From: Heptranchias perlo | Taxonomy: Eukaryota | NCBI RefSeq assembly: GCF_035084215.1 | Contig: NC_090326.1 | Coordinates: 11,160,001-11,224,000, forward strand | DNA: 64,000 bases | Reading direction: 5' to 3' | Shown here: one piece after another, positions 1-10,614 of the stretch | Numbering within the stretch: position 1 is the first letter of the stretch | How the letters are laid out: each line of letters opens with the position of its first letter | Program-made: the position numbers and the translations under genes | Notes under the pieces: model-generated | What the model was told of the DNA's origin: nothing | The model's input: only the letters and a program-made list of their open reading frames with translations | Databases searched by the model: none

Positions 1-849
1 TGAATCTGCCTCCACCATCACCCCAGGCAGTGCATTCCAGATCCTAACCACTCGCTGTGTAAAAAGATTTTCCTCATATCACCGTTGGTTCTTTTGCCAA
101 TCACCTTAAATCTATGCTCTCTGGTTCTGACCCTTCTGCCAATGGGAACAGTTTCTCTCTATCTACTCTGTCTGGACCCTTCATGATTTTGAACACCTCT
201 ATCAAATCTCCTCGCAACCTTCTCTGTTCCAAGGAGAACAAACGCAGCTTCTCCAATCTACCCATGTAACTAAAGTCCCTCATCCCTGGAATCATTCCAG
301 TAAATCTCTTCTGCACCCTCTCTAAGGCCTTCACATCTTTACTAAAGTGCGGTGCCCAGAACTGAACACAATACTCCAGCTGTGGCTGAACCAGTGTAAA
401 GCCCAGGATCCCGTATGCTTTATTAACCACTTTCTCAACCTGCCCTGCCACCTTCAACAATTTGTGCACATACCCAGATCTCTCTGTTCCTGTACCCATT
501 TTAGAATTGTGCCCTCTAGTTTATATTGCCTTTCTTTGTTCTTCCCACTGAAATGTATCACTTTGCATTTCTCTGCGTTAAATTTCATCTGCCACGTGTC
601 CGCCCATGCCACCAGCCTTTCCATATCCTCTTGAAGTCTATCACTATCCTCCTCAATGTTCACTACCCTTCCAAGTTTTGTGTCATCTGCAAATTTTGAA
701 ATTGTGCCCTGTACACCCAAGTCCAAGTCATTAATATATATCAAGAAAAGCAGTGGTCCAGGTACTGACCCCTGGGGAACTCCACTGTACACCTCCCTCC
801 AGTCCGCAAAACAACCGTTCACCACTACTCTCTGTCTCCTGTCACTTAG
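1..849 (-). mobile_element. CR1-clade LINE, ORF2 reverse-transcriptase C-terminal fragment (frameshifted, runs off window edge)
   Basis: ORFs 454..855 and 101..499 give [32 protein letters not shown] and QLEYCVQFWAPH..LERVQKRFTGMIPG, the standard CR1 RT C-terminal motifs. Confidence 0.93.
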
Positions 850-857
850 ATGCATTT

Positions 858-1497
858 AAGGGAACATAGGAACAGGAGTAGGCCATTCAGCCCCTCGAGC
901 CCGCTCCGCCATTTGATAAGATCATGGCTGATCTGTGATCTAACTCCATATACCTGCCTTTGGCCCATATCCCTTAGTACCTTTGGTTGCCAAAAAGCTA
1001 TCTATCTCAGATTTAAACTTAGCAATTGAGCTAGTATCAATTGCCGTTTGCGGAAGAGAGTTCCAAACTTCTACCACCCTTTGTGTGTAGAAATGTTTTC
1101 TAATCTCACTCCTGAAAGGTCTGGCTCTAATTTTTAGACTGTGCCCCCTACTCCTAGAATCCCCAACCAGTGGAAATAGTTTCTCTCTATCCACCCTATC
1201 TTTTCCCCTTAATACCTTATAAACTTCGATCAGATCACCCCTTAACCTTCTAAACTCTAGAGAATACAATCCCAATTTGTGTAATCTCTCCTCGTAACTT
1301 AACCCTTGAAGTCCAGGTATCATTCTGGTAAACATACGCTGCACTCCCTCCAAGGCCAATATGTCCTTCCGAAGGTGCGGTGCCCAGAACTGCTCACAGT
1401 ACTCCAGGTGCGGTCTAACCAGGGTTTTGTATAGCTGCAGCATAACATCTGCCCCCTTGTGCTCTAGTCCTCTAGATATAAAGGCCAGCATTCCATT
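858..1497 (-). mobile_element. CR1-clade LINE 3' end (5'-truncated) with 3' UTR tail
   Basis: ORF 940..1491: LYKTLVRPHLEYCEQFWAPH..RRLRGDLIEVYK..FYTQRVVEVWNSLP. The tail (reverse complement of aatggcctactcctgttcctatgttc) lies at 860-900. Confidence 0.95.
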
Positions 1498-1825
1498 TGC
1501 CTTATGTCAGCACTCCTTTGTGCCAGCTGGAGTCAAGTAGGAGCTGGCAGCTTAAATCAGGTCAATTAGGGGGATGTGGCCCCATCCCTAAATCTGCAAC
1601 GGTGCCTGTTAGTTTTGTGTTTAAACTTTGACACCTCACACTTCCTTTCTAAAACTAATTCTCAGGTCTTAAGTTGGGATCAACCTTCATATTTATACCA
1701 AATCTATAGGAGTTTGTCTTCTTTTCCTTTTACCAAGAATTAAAGCAGGAATCTCCAAGTATCTTGCTTTCCTCCACTACCGGTACAGATCGTGAAGCCT
1801 CATGGGCTACCGACGAAGTCTTCAC

Positions 1826-1885
1826 ATCTTCACACAAAGGGTAATGGAAATCTGGAACACTCTCCCTCAAAAAGCTGTTGAGACC
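1826..1885 (+). mobile_element. short CR1 ORF2 3' fragment
   Basis: Encodes FTQRVMEIWNTLPQKAVE, the CR1 ORF2 terminal motif. Confidence 0.7.
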
Positions 1886-1896
1886 AAGTCAGTTGT

Positions 1897-2270
1897 TTGG
1901 GCGCTACACGGCCTCTCCAACATCCAAGATGGCGTCTTGGCTGCGCACGCACGTTTCCAGCGTGACATGCACCGGACGCCATCTTGGTATAGGAGTTAGC
2001 GCAGGCACAAATACCGAATGCTGGAAGCCATGTAAAGTAAGGAGAAAATGGATACAATCAGTGTGCAATGCCGATTTAAAGTGATAAGTCCCAAAATGGT
2101 GTCTAACATTCAACTCAACGCACAGTCTTAATCCCGATTATCTGAACGTGTTTTAGAGTGCCTGGAGGACCCCAACCAGCACTATTTAAAGGGACCATGC
2201 AGGATTTACAGGTTAGTGGCTGGATTATTGCTTCTGGCTACCGAGACATTTGTAACTGTTTTTGGAGGTC
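1897..2270. mobile_element. CpG-rich DNA-transposon-like segment (probably PIF/Harbinger-associated)
   Basis: CpG-rich, with a 13-bp perfect inverted repeat ccaagatggcgtc (1924-1936) / gacgccatcttgg (1975-1987). Lies just upstream of the Harbinger Myb relic. Family assignment is inference. Confidence 0.35.
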
Positions 2271-2282
2271 TCCTAGACTTGA

Positions 2283-2512
2283 ATACGAGGACTAGGGGAC
2301 ATAGCCTAACATTTAGAGCCAGGACATGCAGGAGTGAAGTTAGGAATTGCTTCTACTCGCAAAGGGTGGGAGAAGTTTGGAACAATCTTCTGCAAACGGC
2401 AATTGATGCTAGCTCAGTTGTGAATTCTAAATCTGAGATTGATATATTTCTGTGAACCAAGGGTATTAAGGGATATGGGGCTAAGGTGGGTATATGGAGT
2501 AAGGTCACAGAT
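2283..2512 (+). mobile_element. CR1 3' fragment whose tail is locally inverted
   Basis: Encodes TRTRGHSLTFRARTCRSEVRNCFYSQRVGEVWNNL. Plus-strand homology stops at ..aggtcacagat and the expected tail follows in reverse orientation. Confidence 0.85.
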
Positions 2513-2772
2513 TTAGAAACATAGGAACAGAAGTAGGCCATTCAGCTCCTCGAGCCTGTTCTGCTATTCAATTAGATCATAGCTTGGTTCTATGGGGGAA
2601 AAAAATTGGATAGGGCCTATTAAAGGGCGGGGGTAGTGCAATCCGCTACTACCCCGCGCCCAATGGCCCCTGCGCAGGCAGGACGAGACTTTCGTGAGGC
2701 CTGAGGACTTACCTTCAAGCAGCGTTCCGAATCAGCGTTGACATGAGGATTCAATGCAATTCGCACTTTCCA

Positions 2773-2786
2773 CCAGCAGGGGGAGC
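2773..2786 (+). promoter_or_regulatory. CTCF-like motif
   Basis: ccagcagggggagc matches the CTCF core CCASYAGRKGGCRS with one mismatch. Motif match only, no evidence of binding. Confidence 0.3.
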
Positions 2787-3039
2787 CCAATCTCTTAAAG
2801 GCAGGCTCTTAAAAATAGCTCGTGCCTGTTATTTGTTGAAAATAACAGTCTACTGTCTGCACAGAGTCTGAACGGAGATCAGACATCGCACACGTAAAAC
2901 ACAGATGCAGCTCCCATCCCTCTGTTTACAAACTGATGAGTTACGTTAAAACATTGAATAAAGGTTGCGCACTACTAAATCCCACATCCTCCAATCTGCA
3001 CGCCAGACCTCACCAATCTGCCGATCTGAGTTGGTACCA

Positions 3040-3545
3040 GGCCCGCGAGAGTACATGCACCAAGGTTCTCTGCTGATGCATTAGAGGCAAGAGGTGGACA
3101 GAAGGAGGGGCATCTATACCCTTGGGGGGTAGGGGGGCAAGAGGCTGTCCAGACATATACCCAAAAGGCAGCGGCAGGCAGCGGGGGATGAAGTCAATGC
3201 CAGACGCACAGCATCATGAACATGGATGCAGTGCAAGAAGAAGTTCAATGCTTTGACACGAGTGGTCAAGGTGAGTGAGGTCAACTGTCAAGTGGCGTCT
3301 CCTACCAACTGCACCACGCACTACACCCCCATCACCCACATACCAACAAACTCTTTCCATCAGTACTCAACTCTTCCAATCAGATGCTTCCTCCCACCCT
3401 TACACATTACCACTGTTGCAAGCCACCCACCCACAACTCACAGGCCACACACACTGGCAGCTATTCAACCATGTCAGGCACATCACCCAGACGAATGTCC
3501 CGCTTTCTTGCAGGAGAAGGTGGCGCATATCAGGAGGCAGCAAGT
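3040..3545 (+). pseudogene. PIF/Harbinger Myb/SANT-like DNA-binding protein gene relic (NAIF1/MSANTD-like), two exons
   Basis: Frameshifted APRFSADALEA..EVDRRR..EVNARRTAS*TWMQCKKKFNALTRVVK, then donor AAG|gtgagt at 3270/3271. Acceptor ctttcttgcag| at 3513 is followed by EKVAHIRRQQ. This matches the Myb/SANT-like (Myb_DNA-bind_5-type) pattern; an in-frame stop is present. Confidence 0.75.
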
Positions 3546-5389
3546 GGTAGTGGCATTTAGCCCCTCGAACCTGTTCCACCAGTTAATAAGATCTAATTGA
3601 ATAGCAGAACAGGCTCGAGGAGCTGAATGGCCTACTTCTGTTCCTATGTTTCTAAATCTGAATTGATGTACCCATTAATTTGCATGTATCTAAAGTGGCA
3701 TAATAGTTGATAATAACATGTCTTGATGTTCTGATCTTGGATTTATCTACCAATGGGGTAACAGTGCTAAAACAGTCCTTTGCAAACCTCCAGGTGCATG
3801 AAATTAAAACAGAACAAACCAGTGAACGAGAAATCTAGCTGCAAATAGAACAGAAATCCCTGATTTCCAATGCCTCGTGGACAACATGGCTTACGGTCAT
3901 AGTCAGGGCACCACTGGACTAAGCAGTCCTTAGCAAGCAATTTTATTCCTGTGGGCTAACTTTCATAAACTTCCATAAACACGTTTAAGCACAGGATGTA
4001 CGTGCAAACTTGTCTGCATTTGATGTTGGCGGTCACCGTTTTTGGGGGCCAGTCCATATGTCCGTGGTTGTGGGTGTAACTCAGACAGACTGCCTCTCCT
4101 CTCCCCTCTTTGCACCGCTTCAGGGCTCCGACCCCCTGCTACTGCAAGCCAAAGCAGTTGAATGTGGCTGCATACTGTGGGCAAGAACTCCTGCTTGCAT
4201 ATTGCAGCTGCTTTCAATCACTTAGGCTTTTACAGTAGCAGCAGCAGCAGCAGGACGCTGGGAGGAGAGGGGAGAATCAGAGTGATGGTGTGGGGTGAAG
4301 AGAATGGCAACATGAACTGGCGGGGTGGGGGGGTGGGGAAGAGTGCGAGCTTGGGCTACCTGGTAAAGGAAAGTGAAACACAACTTGGGGTAGAGGCGGA
4401 ATAAAACATTATTGAGGGGAGAGGGAAAAGAGTTCCAGCATAAACTAGGAGGGTTGGAAGGGGAACGAGTGACTTTTTAAACAGAATGGGCATGTGGTTG
4501 AAGGGGGTTGGAATGTCTGAACTGTGGGAAGAGGGTGGAGGGAGAAAGTAAGTGTTGAGGAAATAATGGTCTGATTGGCCTGTTGAAAACCCAAAGATCA
4601 CTTATTTGTCCTGTTTTTTCAGTTTGTTGTAGCCTGCAAAATATTAGGAAAAAGCATCCCAAAGTGTCAAAAGTCAAAATGTTCTGGGGGCAAGCTTCCA
4701 GATCCCTCCGGAAAATAAATCTTGTGCCTTCCACACTGGTATTCCTCTTCAAGGTTTTGTGTATTATAGTTTGTTTCCTCTGATACGAGTAAAGAAACGT
4801 TGGGTTTACCTACAGCTTAAGTTATAAGCCTTGTGTCCCCCTGCACTTTCCATTTAATTAATTTTTGAGCTGTCAGCCTTCTTGGAGATGTTAGTCAACT
4901 TTTATTGGTTTTCTAAGTCGGCGTGTGTGATGGGAACTAGAATGGGTCGCAGTATAAATGGAGAACTCCACTACCATTTGCTGCTTCTCTTAAACTTACT
5001 TTTGCGAAACTTTAGTGTGGAGGATAAAGTAGCCCTAAGGGAGTTCTATGATCTCGCTGTACGTGTGACAGAAATATGTCGGTAGGAATATATTTCATAT
5101 TCTTCAATATCCCATTCCCTCTAAGTGTAGACAATTCCCCTTGCCCCATTAAAATTCTATTGATAGTGCTTCTAACACAAATGTTTTTATTAAAATCCTT
5201 TTTTTTCCATTTGTGCCTTCAGTGTGGAATTCAAATTGATTGAATCTGTGTTGTAACCAGTCTAAAGTAGAAGCAATCTACACTCACTTTCTGTGGGAGA
5301 TTTCAATTATACACTGTTAATTGGATGGTCGTGTCAACATAAAATACTGGGAACCTTAAAGTTTTGTAGTCAAACAAAATGATCTATCC

Positions 5390-5760
5390 CCCGATGGCTC
5401 AGTGAGTTAATTCAGTTAGTAGCTGAGCCAAAAAAACAGTCCCAGGTCTGTATTGAATTAGCTTTTCTCAGCCAGGGTGACAGAAAAGGGCCTTGGAATT
5501 AGCCTCAATATTACTGGGTTAGGGAGAGGGTAAAATTTAGCCGGGGTTCCTACCCTTGATTGCTCTGCAGAATTTCACATTTGCGAAAGTCGGATAAGGA
5601 CAGGATTGGGCCCGCTGTGATGCTCCCTCATCGTCAAAATAGTTTTCCAACACTCACTGGGTTCACAGATGAATATGGCAAATTAGAGAAGGTACTGAAC
5701 GACAGCTGACACTTGTGGAATAGTACACCAGCAAGGAACCTGAACCTTCAAGAGGAGGGG
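5390..5760 (+). mobile_element. old tRNA-derived SINE
   Basis: A-box-like gatggctcagtgagt head; body (gaattagcttttctcagcc..ggacaggattgggc..cactcactg) shared with the inverted copy at 40905-41165. Confidence 0.55.
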
Positions 5761-6204
5761 AGAAAATTGGCAGTGAAAAATTAAGAAAAAAGAATTGGTA
5801 CAGTCATTCACATAGTACGTACTCAAAATAAGGACGGTTTATCACTATTGCCTAAATAATTATATTAAAAATACGTGGGGCTGATTGAAAAGGACACTTT
5901 TGTATTTGAATTTTTAACGTAACTTTAGAGAATTGAAGGCTGATTTTTCATTGTAGCTATTTTGTGGGAGGGAAAGTTATTGTTGCATCTGATCATAGTT
6001 TTAATGGCAGAGGAAGTTATTCAAACTGAAATTTCACCTGCCGTCTAAGCAGAATTCAGGATCCATAGCACATGTTGGGGTGGTGTGTTTCCTTGCTGTC
6101 ACCAGCTCATTGCTATTGATTAATCTTGTCTTTCGTCAGGCCCAACTTTAGTGTCTCCCCATAGCTTGGCTTTTAGTGCTAAGCTCTTACTACAGACCTC
6201 TATC

Positions 6205-6312
6205 TATTTCTCTCTCTCTCTCTCTTTCTGTCTCTCTCATGGACACACATTCGCTCTCTTTTCTCTCTTTTTCTTTCCACTTTTCACTGTCTCTCTTTTT
6301 CTCTCTCTGCCT
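6205..6312. repeat. CT-rich low-complexity / (TC)n tract
   Basis: tctctctctctctctctttctgtctctctc and following polypyrimidine runs. Confidence 0.8.
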
Positions 6313-9145
6313 CTGTTTATCCAATTTCTATACCAGTTCTTATCCTTCCACTCATAGCATGCAGGAGCAGGACAGCATCTGTTCAATATCACTCTTTAAC
6401 ACTGCTTGTCACCACACTTCCATTAATTTCTACACGCTCTGCTATCCATCCATCCAATAAACATTTTTTCATTAAAATATACTTTTTTTGAAATGGAGCT
6501 ATGCATATGTCAACTCAGACGGTAAATTCATAGCTGCTGCTTGTACTCCACATTACTAGTGTCAAGTTAAATGAGTCATAGTACGGTTTCCAGCTGATGC
6601 TTTGAAGTTAGATGACAGTTTAAGAGCATCAATAAATTCCAGCATAAAGCTTTACATTGCCCTCATACTGTGCAAGCTAATTGCCTGATCTTTGACTTAA
6701 TAGGAGTCACTGGGCTAAATAATTTGTCAAATTTGTAGTCCACAGTAAATATTCTGACTGCCCAGTTTATGAGTCCTTTTATTGTGAAGCTGTATTGGTC
6801 CCATTTGGATGCTGTCATTTGCAGTTAACAGCAACTATGTCAAGTGATGGCATTATTCTCCAGGGTAAGTTTATGTATATAGAGAGGTTCTTATTATGCA
6901 CAGTTAAGTTCCACGTGATTTTGCATGTTCATTAAGACTGCGCATAGATGAAAACAAAGCAGGTCTTTTATTTACAGTAAGCGTTTTGAAGTACAAGAGC
7001 AATTGAAAGCATATGTTTAAATTCTCAGGGTAATGGACTAGCTCATGCTGCTAGAATACATTTCTCAAAGTTTAATTCTTTCAGAAGTTCCAATTTCCTT
7101 CATGAGTTTATTGTTACAATGAAAGTATTGTCACCATACGTTTACAACAGATCTGACTCGATAATACTCGGATGATTTCTGTGTCCAGCGGGACAGTTAG
7201 AAAAGCTTTGACATTTATTTTGGAATTGATTTTCAGGAATATCAGTTCACAACAATTCAAAATGCCTTGAGACTGGCGATGATATGGGAATCAGCTACTT
7301 GCTTGTAATATCCCTTAGTGTCTATGTGGAGTCGCTGGGCCTGTGACAGTGAATTAATAAACAAATGCTTCTCCATACGTGCTGCATGCAAAAGTTCTAT
7401 TTCAGATTACCAACATTTCAGTTTACCTTTCTTTTTATCTCTACTCTTTGGAAGTGTGCAAGTATTTTCTGGCTCTTTAGTTATCGCCACAAGCTTTGCT
7501 GCATTCTATGTGGACTGTTGCCACCAGTTTGATAATACTATTCAATGTGGTTATATCATTAAATTTGTTAAGAGGAATATCCCGATTAATCCTCAGTTCT
7601 TTATTTGATTTAATTTAAACTTGCGTTAGCCATGTTAGTTTGATGTAAGAAAATAGCCCAAGGCCTTCCCTTCATCCCTCCCGTGACTTAAATAATAGGG
7701 TTGTTTTCCATTTAAAATGTTGCACATTCGTTTTTGGAAGTTGCTTTGGCCTGCCATTTTATTTTTAATTCTTTTGAGACAAGAAATTGTAAGCTGAAAT
7801 ACGAATGAAGATAAAGACTGAATTTCTCTTTTATGCCTCTTTTTTCTTTGCCAATTTATGTGCACTCATATATCATCACATATAGGCTGCACTGAAATGT
7901 TGTAAATTCAGACAACTGTAGTTGGAACAATCCAAAAAAACTGAACCAGGTTTTGTGTTCCCTGTGTCAAATGCAGGAGACAATGGCATCGTAGAAGTCC
8001 CGTGACTTCATGTTGTTTCAGAAAGCGTAAGTAAGTGGTGTATGGTTCCAGAAAATCTTGCTGAACTGTGGGTTCCATTTTAATGAATAGTAAATTAAAG
8101 TTCATTAACAAACAATGAATACTTACTCAAACCAAATTATCCATCCCATAAAATCTAATTGTCATCTTCCTCTGTAAAACAGTATAAATAGATGCATCCA
8201 ATTAACTCTTCTGTAGAGCAGTATAAATAGCTGTAACAAATTGACCATCCTGTAAATTGATATAAATACCTGCGTTCAGTAGACCATCCCTGTGAAGTGA
8301 TGCAAAAAGTTGCATTAAATGGCTTTCTTATAGTTATGAGATGAGCGAGCAAGTGTTATTGGAATTTAGGAAGCCTGCCTCACTAGTTCTGGCCTGGTTG
8401 TGTTGCCCCAATTTGTGACACCGGTTTTCTATGAAGCTCAGAGTGCTGCTGCACCTATTCTGGCATTCACTATACTGTGCATATGGAGTGGCACTCTGAG
8501 TTTCTGAGAAAACCAGAATGTCTGGTTTGCATGGCTGCTTTTACATGTTTGATCCTTTCCTTTTATACCTGCTAGTTGCAAATACCATATGCTATTTATA
8601 GAAATGCTTGATATTTCTTTTAATATTACTACCATCCAAACTTAATTTTCTATTTTGTTATCCTGCCCCGTTATACCTTATTTTTATTTTTGTCTTGGTC
8701 CACCATGCTGCCTGTAGCTTTATACTTTGAGAACAGTTTTTTTGTGAAATTCCCTGCATTATCTCCATTGTTCCCCCCATCGTTTTTTTCCCTCTTTTAC
8801 ATTTCTTCCCCAGTGCTATGTATCTGATCTGACCTATGGGTATAATATCTCTGAATATGATCATTTTCCTGCCATGATTTCCTCCTCTAACACTGCTTCC
8901 GGTCCAATTTCCTACTCCTCATCCCTTCAAAATCAGCCTTTCTAAAGTTGAACATTTCCATTGTACTCATCCTCTTTTCCATCATAAGCCTAATCTTAAA
9001 ATCCACCTTATTGTGGTCTCAATTGCTAAGGCATTCTTTAACTCTGACCTACTCGACCATCTCCTGCATGCTGCTTAAAATCAGGTCCAGTAACACTGTT
9101 GGTCAGATGGCTGAAAATGTGTTCCATTTAGCAATCCAGTATTTA

Positions 9146-9355
9146 TGTAATAAACTGGATAGCCAGGTGGTGTAGGATAGAATACTAGAGCCTGGTCTTC
9201 AGTTGCTTCCAAGCCTTTATTCACAGAGATCCACATTATACACACCACACCCTAGATAAGCTCGCTCATAAATGGATATGAGAGATCCCAATTGATACGC
9301 ACCACCTGAATACAATTAACTCTAATTGATATAAATCATATGGATACAATTAACA
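9146..9355 (-). mobile_element. candidate solo LTR (210 bp, Gypsy-like)
   Basis: Bounded by TGTAA..TTAACA (TG..CA on both strands); AATAAA on the minus strand about 70 bp from the 3' end. No clean TSD found. Confidence 0.5.
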
Positions 9356-9395
9356 TTGTATCCAGGAATATGCGTTCACTCCTAGTGCATCATTT

Positions 9396-10612
9396 AAGAA
9401 CATAAGAAATAGGAGCAGGAGTTGGCCATACAGCCCCTCGAGCCTGCTCCGCCACTCAATAAAATCATGGCTGACCTTCGACTTCAACTCCACTTTCCCG
9501 CCCGATCCCCATATCCCTTGATTCCCTTAGAGTCCAAAAACCTATCAGTCTCAGTCTTGAATATACTCAACGACTGAGCATCCATAGCACTCTGGGGTAG
9601 AGAATTCAAAATATTCACGACCCTCTGAGTGAAGAAATTCCTCCTCATCTCAGTCCTAAATGTCCAACCCTCTCCAGCCAGGGGAAACATCCTCTCAACA
9701 TCTACCCTGTCAGGCCCTCTTAGAATATTATATGTTTCAATGACATCACCTCTCATTCTTCTATACTCCAGAGAGTATAGGTCCATTCTATTCAATCTTT
9801 CCTCATAGGACAACCCTCTCATCCCAGGAACCAATCTAGTGAACCTACGTTGCACCGCCTCTGAGGAAAGTATATTCCTCCTTAGATAAGGAGACTAAAA
9901 CTGTACACAATACTCCAGGTATGGTCTCACCAAAGCCCTGTACAATTGCAGCAAGAAGTCCTTACTCTTGTACTCCAACCCCCTAGCAATAAAGGCCATC
10001 GTACCATTTGCCTTTCTAATTGCTTGCTGTACTTGTATGCTAACTTTCTGTGGTTCATGTACAAGGATGCCCAAATTCCTCTGAACACCAATATTTAATA
10101 GTTTCTCACCATTTAAAAAATATTCAGTTTTTCTATTGTTCCCACCAAAGTGAATAACCTCACATTTCCTCACTTAATCCACTTAATCTGTCTATATCCC
10201 TTTGCAGACTCTTTGCGTCCTCCTCACAGCTTACTTTCCCACCTAGCTTTGTATCGTCAGCAAACTTGGATACATTACACTCGGTCCCTTCATCTAAGTC
10301 GTTAATATAGATTGTAAATATCTGAGGCCCAAGCACCAACCCTTGCAGCACCCCACTAGTTACAGCCTGCCAACCCGAAAATGACCCGTTTATTCCTACT
10401 CTCTGTTTTCTGTCCGTTAACCAATCCTCAATCCATGCTAATATATTACCACCAAATCCATCTTGTGTAACAATCTCTTGGTGTGGCAGCTTATCGAATG
10501 CCTATTGAAAATCCAAATACGCCACATCTACTGGTTCCCCTTTATCTATCCTGCTGGTTACACCCTCAAAAAACTCTAATAGATTTGTCAAACATGATTT
10601 CCCTTTCATCAT
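9396..10612 (-). mobile_element. CR1 LINE, RT through 3' tail, with internal deletions
   Basis: ORFs 10160..10351 ([25 protein letters not shown]), 9895..10173 and 9484..9855; tail (plus-strand aagaacataagaaataggagcaggag) at 9396. Confidence 0.95.
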
Positions 10613-10614
10613 TT

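Larger units (their letters stand above)
2508..3660. repeat. perfect 71-bp inverted repeat (arms 2508-2578 and 3590-3660) derived from a CR1 3' tail
   Basis: Base-by-base comparison: cagatttagaaacataggaacagaagtaggccattcagctcctcgagcctgttctgctattcaattagatc is the exact reverse complement of 3590-3660. Confidence 0.92.

Noticed and set aside
3040-3545. Host NAIF1/MSANTD gene
   Set aside because: In-frame stop, frameshifts and a truncated second exon.
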